Assembly: GCF_001194135.2 (NCBI RefSeq)
Contig: NC_069002.1
Coordinates: 10,900,350-10,964,349, forward strand
DNA: 64,000 bases
Source: Octopus bimaculoides
Taxonomy: Eukaryota
Direction of reading: 5' to 3'
Part shown: piece by piece, positions 62,053 through 64,000 of the stretch
Numbering within the stretch: position 1 is the first letter of the stretch
How the letters are laid out: each line of letters opens with the position of its first letter
Made by a program: the position numbers and the translations under genes
Notes under the pieces: model-generated
What the model saw: only the letters and a program-made list of their open reading frames with translations
What the model was told of the DNA's origin: nothing
Databases searched by the model: none

Positions 62053-62917
62053 TAGGCTTCTATAAGATCTGCAGCAGTTAAAGTTTACAGCCTCTGGTTT
62101 ATATTTCACAGCTGGTACAGCACATTCAGTTATTGAAATATCTCCAAATACCTTCCTGGGGGCAGCTTTCATGCGTTTATAACTTAGATGAAAACATGTG
62201 GTACGTGTTTGCTGTTCGTTTTCTTTTGACATATTAATAGCGTTAAGCACAAAGAACTCCCAAATACCTTCCAGTAAACCAATTCTAAATGATGGTAGTT
62301 TTCATTAAGAAATTCATACAGAACAAGGAAGTCGTTTAAAGTTGTGCCTGAAGTCTTTGATAAGAATAAATTTCTTTAAATGCAATCTATGCTCCCACAT
62401 TGTCATCTTCAAGATAAATTTTATCAAAGCTTATTGGTAATAACTTTGAGTTCTGTGTCTTTACCAATACCAGTAGTTCTTAGGCTGTATAAATATTCAC
62501 AGAAATAAACAAGCAATGATAAGATTCCAACAGTTCCTTATTTTTTCTTTGGTAAATCTATATATATTTATCAACTATATTCCTAAATCTTGGTTCTCTT
62601 TCATATATGTTTCAACATAAGACAATATCTGAAGGTGTTTTGTAAAATTTGCTGTTATGTTTTAATGCTCTACTGCAGGCTATAACAAAAATAATATTTC
62701 TTGCGGTGCTAAGACTATTGGCACTGCTACTACTAGGAAGGTTTCTAAATCCTCATGATATAACAACATCTCGACTACCATTATTTGTATACACAAATAC
62801 TAACACCCTTAGCAGATGATAGACTTATCCAAGGGCAACAACCTATAACATATAAGTATAAATATATACACATATACATATGTATGTACATACATATGTA
62901 TGTATATATATACATGT

Positions 62918-62956
<39 letters not shown>

Positions 62957-63111
62957 TGGAAACCTAAACACTAAGTTGAACAATTAAATAATTTAACCAT
63001 TAAATGATAAATTTTATTCATTTTAATTATTTTATACAAACAAATGACACATCTCATAAATTCTTCAGATATTTAATATCCCTTAGGTGGTTACTTAAAA
63101 CCTAGCTAAAT

Positions 63112-63188
<77 letters not shown>

Positions 63189-63189
63189 C

Positions 63190-63221
<32 letters not shown>

Positions 63222-63226
<5 letters not shown>

Positions 63227-63430
63227 CAAAATGGGACAAGAATGCAAAACGTCCGAACAGTTAGGTGATACAAAAATGGGACAACAAAACATCCAGATAG
63301 ACAATACAATGAAACAAGGACGAGTCATTCGAAGTTTTCTTTCCTCAGTCGAGTTCCAGATTATTTTTGCAATTTCGGCTGATTGAGAATCATTATGCCA
63401 ACATAATGAACACACACACTGGTTGAACTC
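63222..63430 (-). mobile_element. Penelope-like terminal fragment with variant hammerhead-like motif (63319-63348)
   Basis: CTGAGGA-AA-GAA(AAC)TTC-GAA-TG-AC(TC)GT-C on the minus strand, followed by a T-rich tail with short repeats. Confidence 0.4.
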
Positions 63431-63509
63431 CACTCATTTATTAAATATCCAATTATTTTGTCTTTGTTTGTCAAAGCTCTTTTGTTGCTTCCTGCAGCTT
63501 TCTCAATGA

Positions 63510-63611
63510 TTATTGACTTACACTGGGGAGACATCTAGGAGTATAGTAGGGAGACTGGACGGGGCTCAGAGGAAAATATATAATGACAAGAAGCAGAGCA
63601 GTCCTGTATAC
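63510..63611 (+). mobile_element. GIY-YIG endonuclease remnant of a Penelope-like element
   Basis: LLTYTGETSRSIVGRLDGAQRKIYNDKKQSSPVY, fitting the YIGET.R.L..R..EH...I......S.V pattern. Confidence 0.55.
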
Positions 63612-63871
63612 TCTAGCAACATGCCAAAAACCAATATGGCGGCACACTGGGCCGAACTGACATCTACATTTTGTCCAGGCACCTGAAGAACCCATCACTT
63701 AGGCAAATACAAGACTACGTCCTCGTTAATAAAACATTAACTGTACTAAATAAGAAATACTCATAGACGGTAGAACTATCCCAATACCACAGATACCACC
63801 CACAAAGTATACATACATAGGTACATTTGTAAGTAGGCAGTCAATTAGGTAAATAGGTAGGTGGATATGTA

Positions 63872-63948
<77 letters not shown>

Positions 63949-63952
<4 letters not shown>

Positions 63953-64000
63953 GAGTGGCTGTGTGGTAAGTAGCTTGCTTGCCAACCAAATAGTTCCAGG
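63949..64000 (+). mobile_element. SINE-C head, cut by the window end
   Basis: GCAGGAGTGGCTGTGTGGTAAGTAGCTTGCTTGCCAACCA. Confidence 0.85.

Overview
AT-rich, microsatellite-saturated eukaryotic DNA from a gappy short-read assembly (12 large N blocks plus several 10-N joins). The SINE families, recognised from memory, point to an octopus genome. There is no intact protein-coding gene, rRNA, real tRNA gene or CRISPR array. Almost every ORF in the track is a translated microsatellite or spans N gaps. The window is mostly a graveyard of transposons: four recurrent interspersed families (local labels SINE-A, repeat-B, SINE-C, SINE-D), decayed RTE, L1/Tx1, R4/Dong and Penelope-like (PLE) retroelements, mariner and pogo transposase remnants, two hAT MITEs with perfect 8-bp TSDs, TTAA-type MITEs and two long fold-back palindromes. 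The leads most worth following are: (1) a nest of R4/Dong fragments in (TAA)n tracts at 17.0-19.3 kb that includes a ~530-bp non-coding module bounded by (TAA)n, a candidate non-autonomous microsatellite-targeting element; (2) several degenerate hammerhead-ribozyme-like motifs at PLE-like ends, some with inverted duplications; (3) modular tRNA-headed SINEs with swappable bodies and tails; (4) minus-strand candidate (micro)exons with strong splice signals (51001-51023, 4379-4455), suggesting the window may lie in the introns of a long minus-strand transcript. All assignments are by eye; no search was run.
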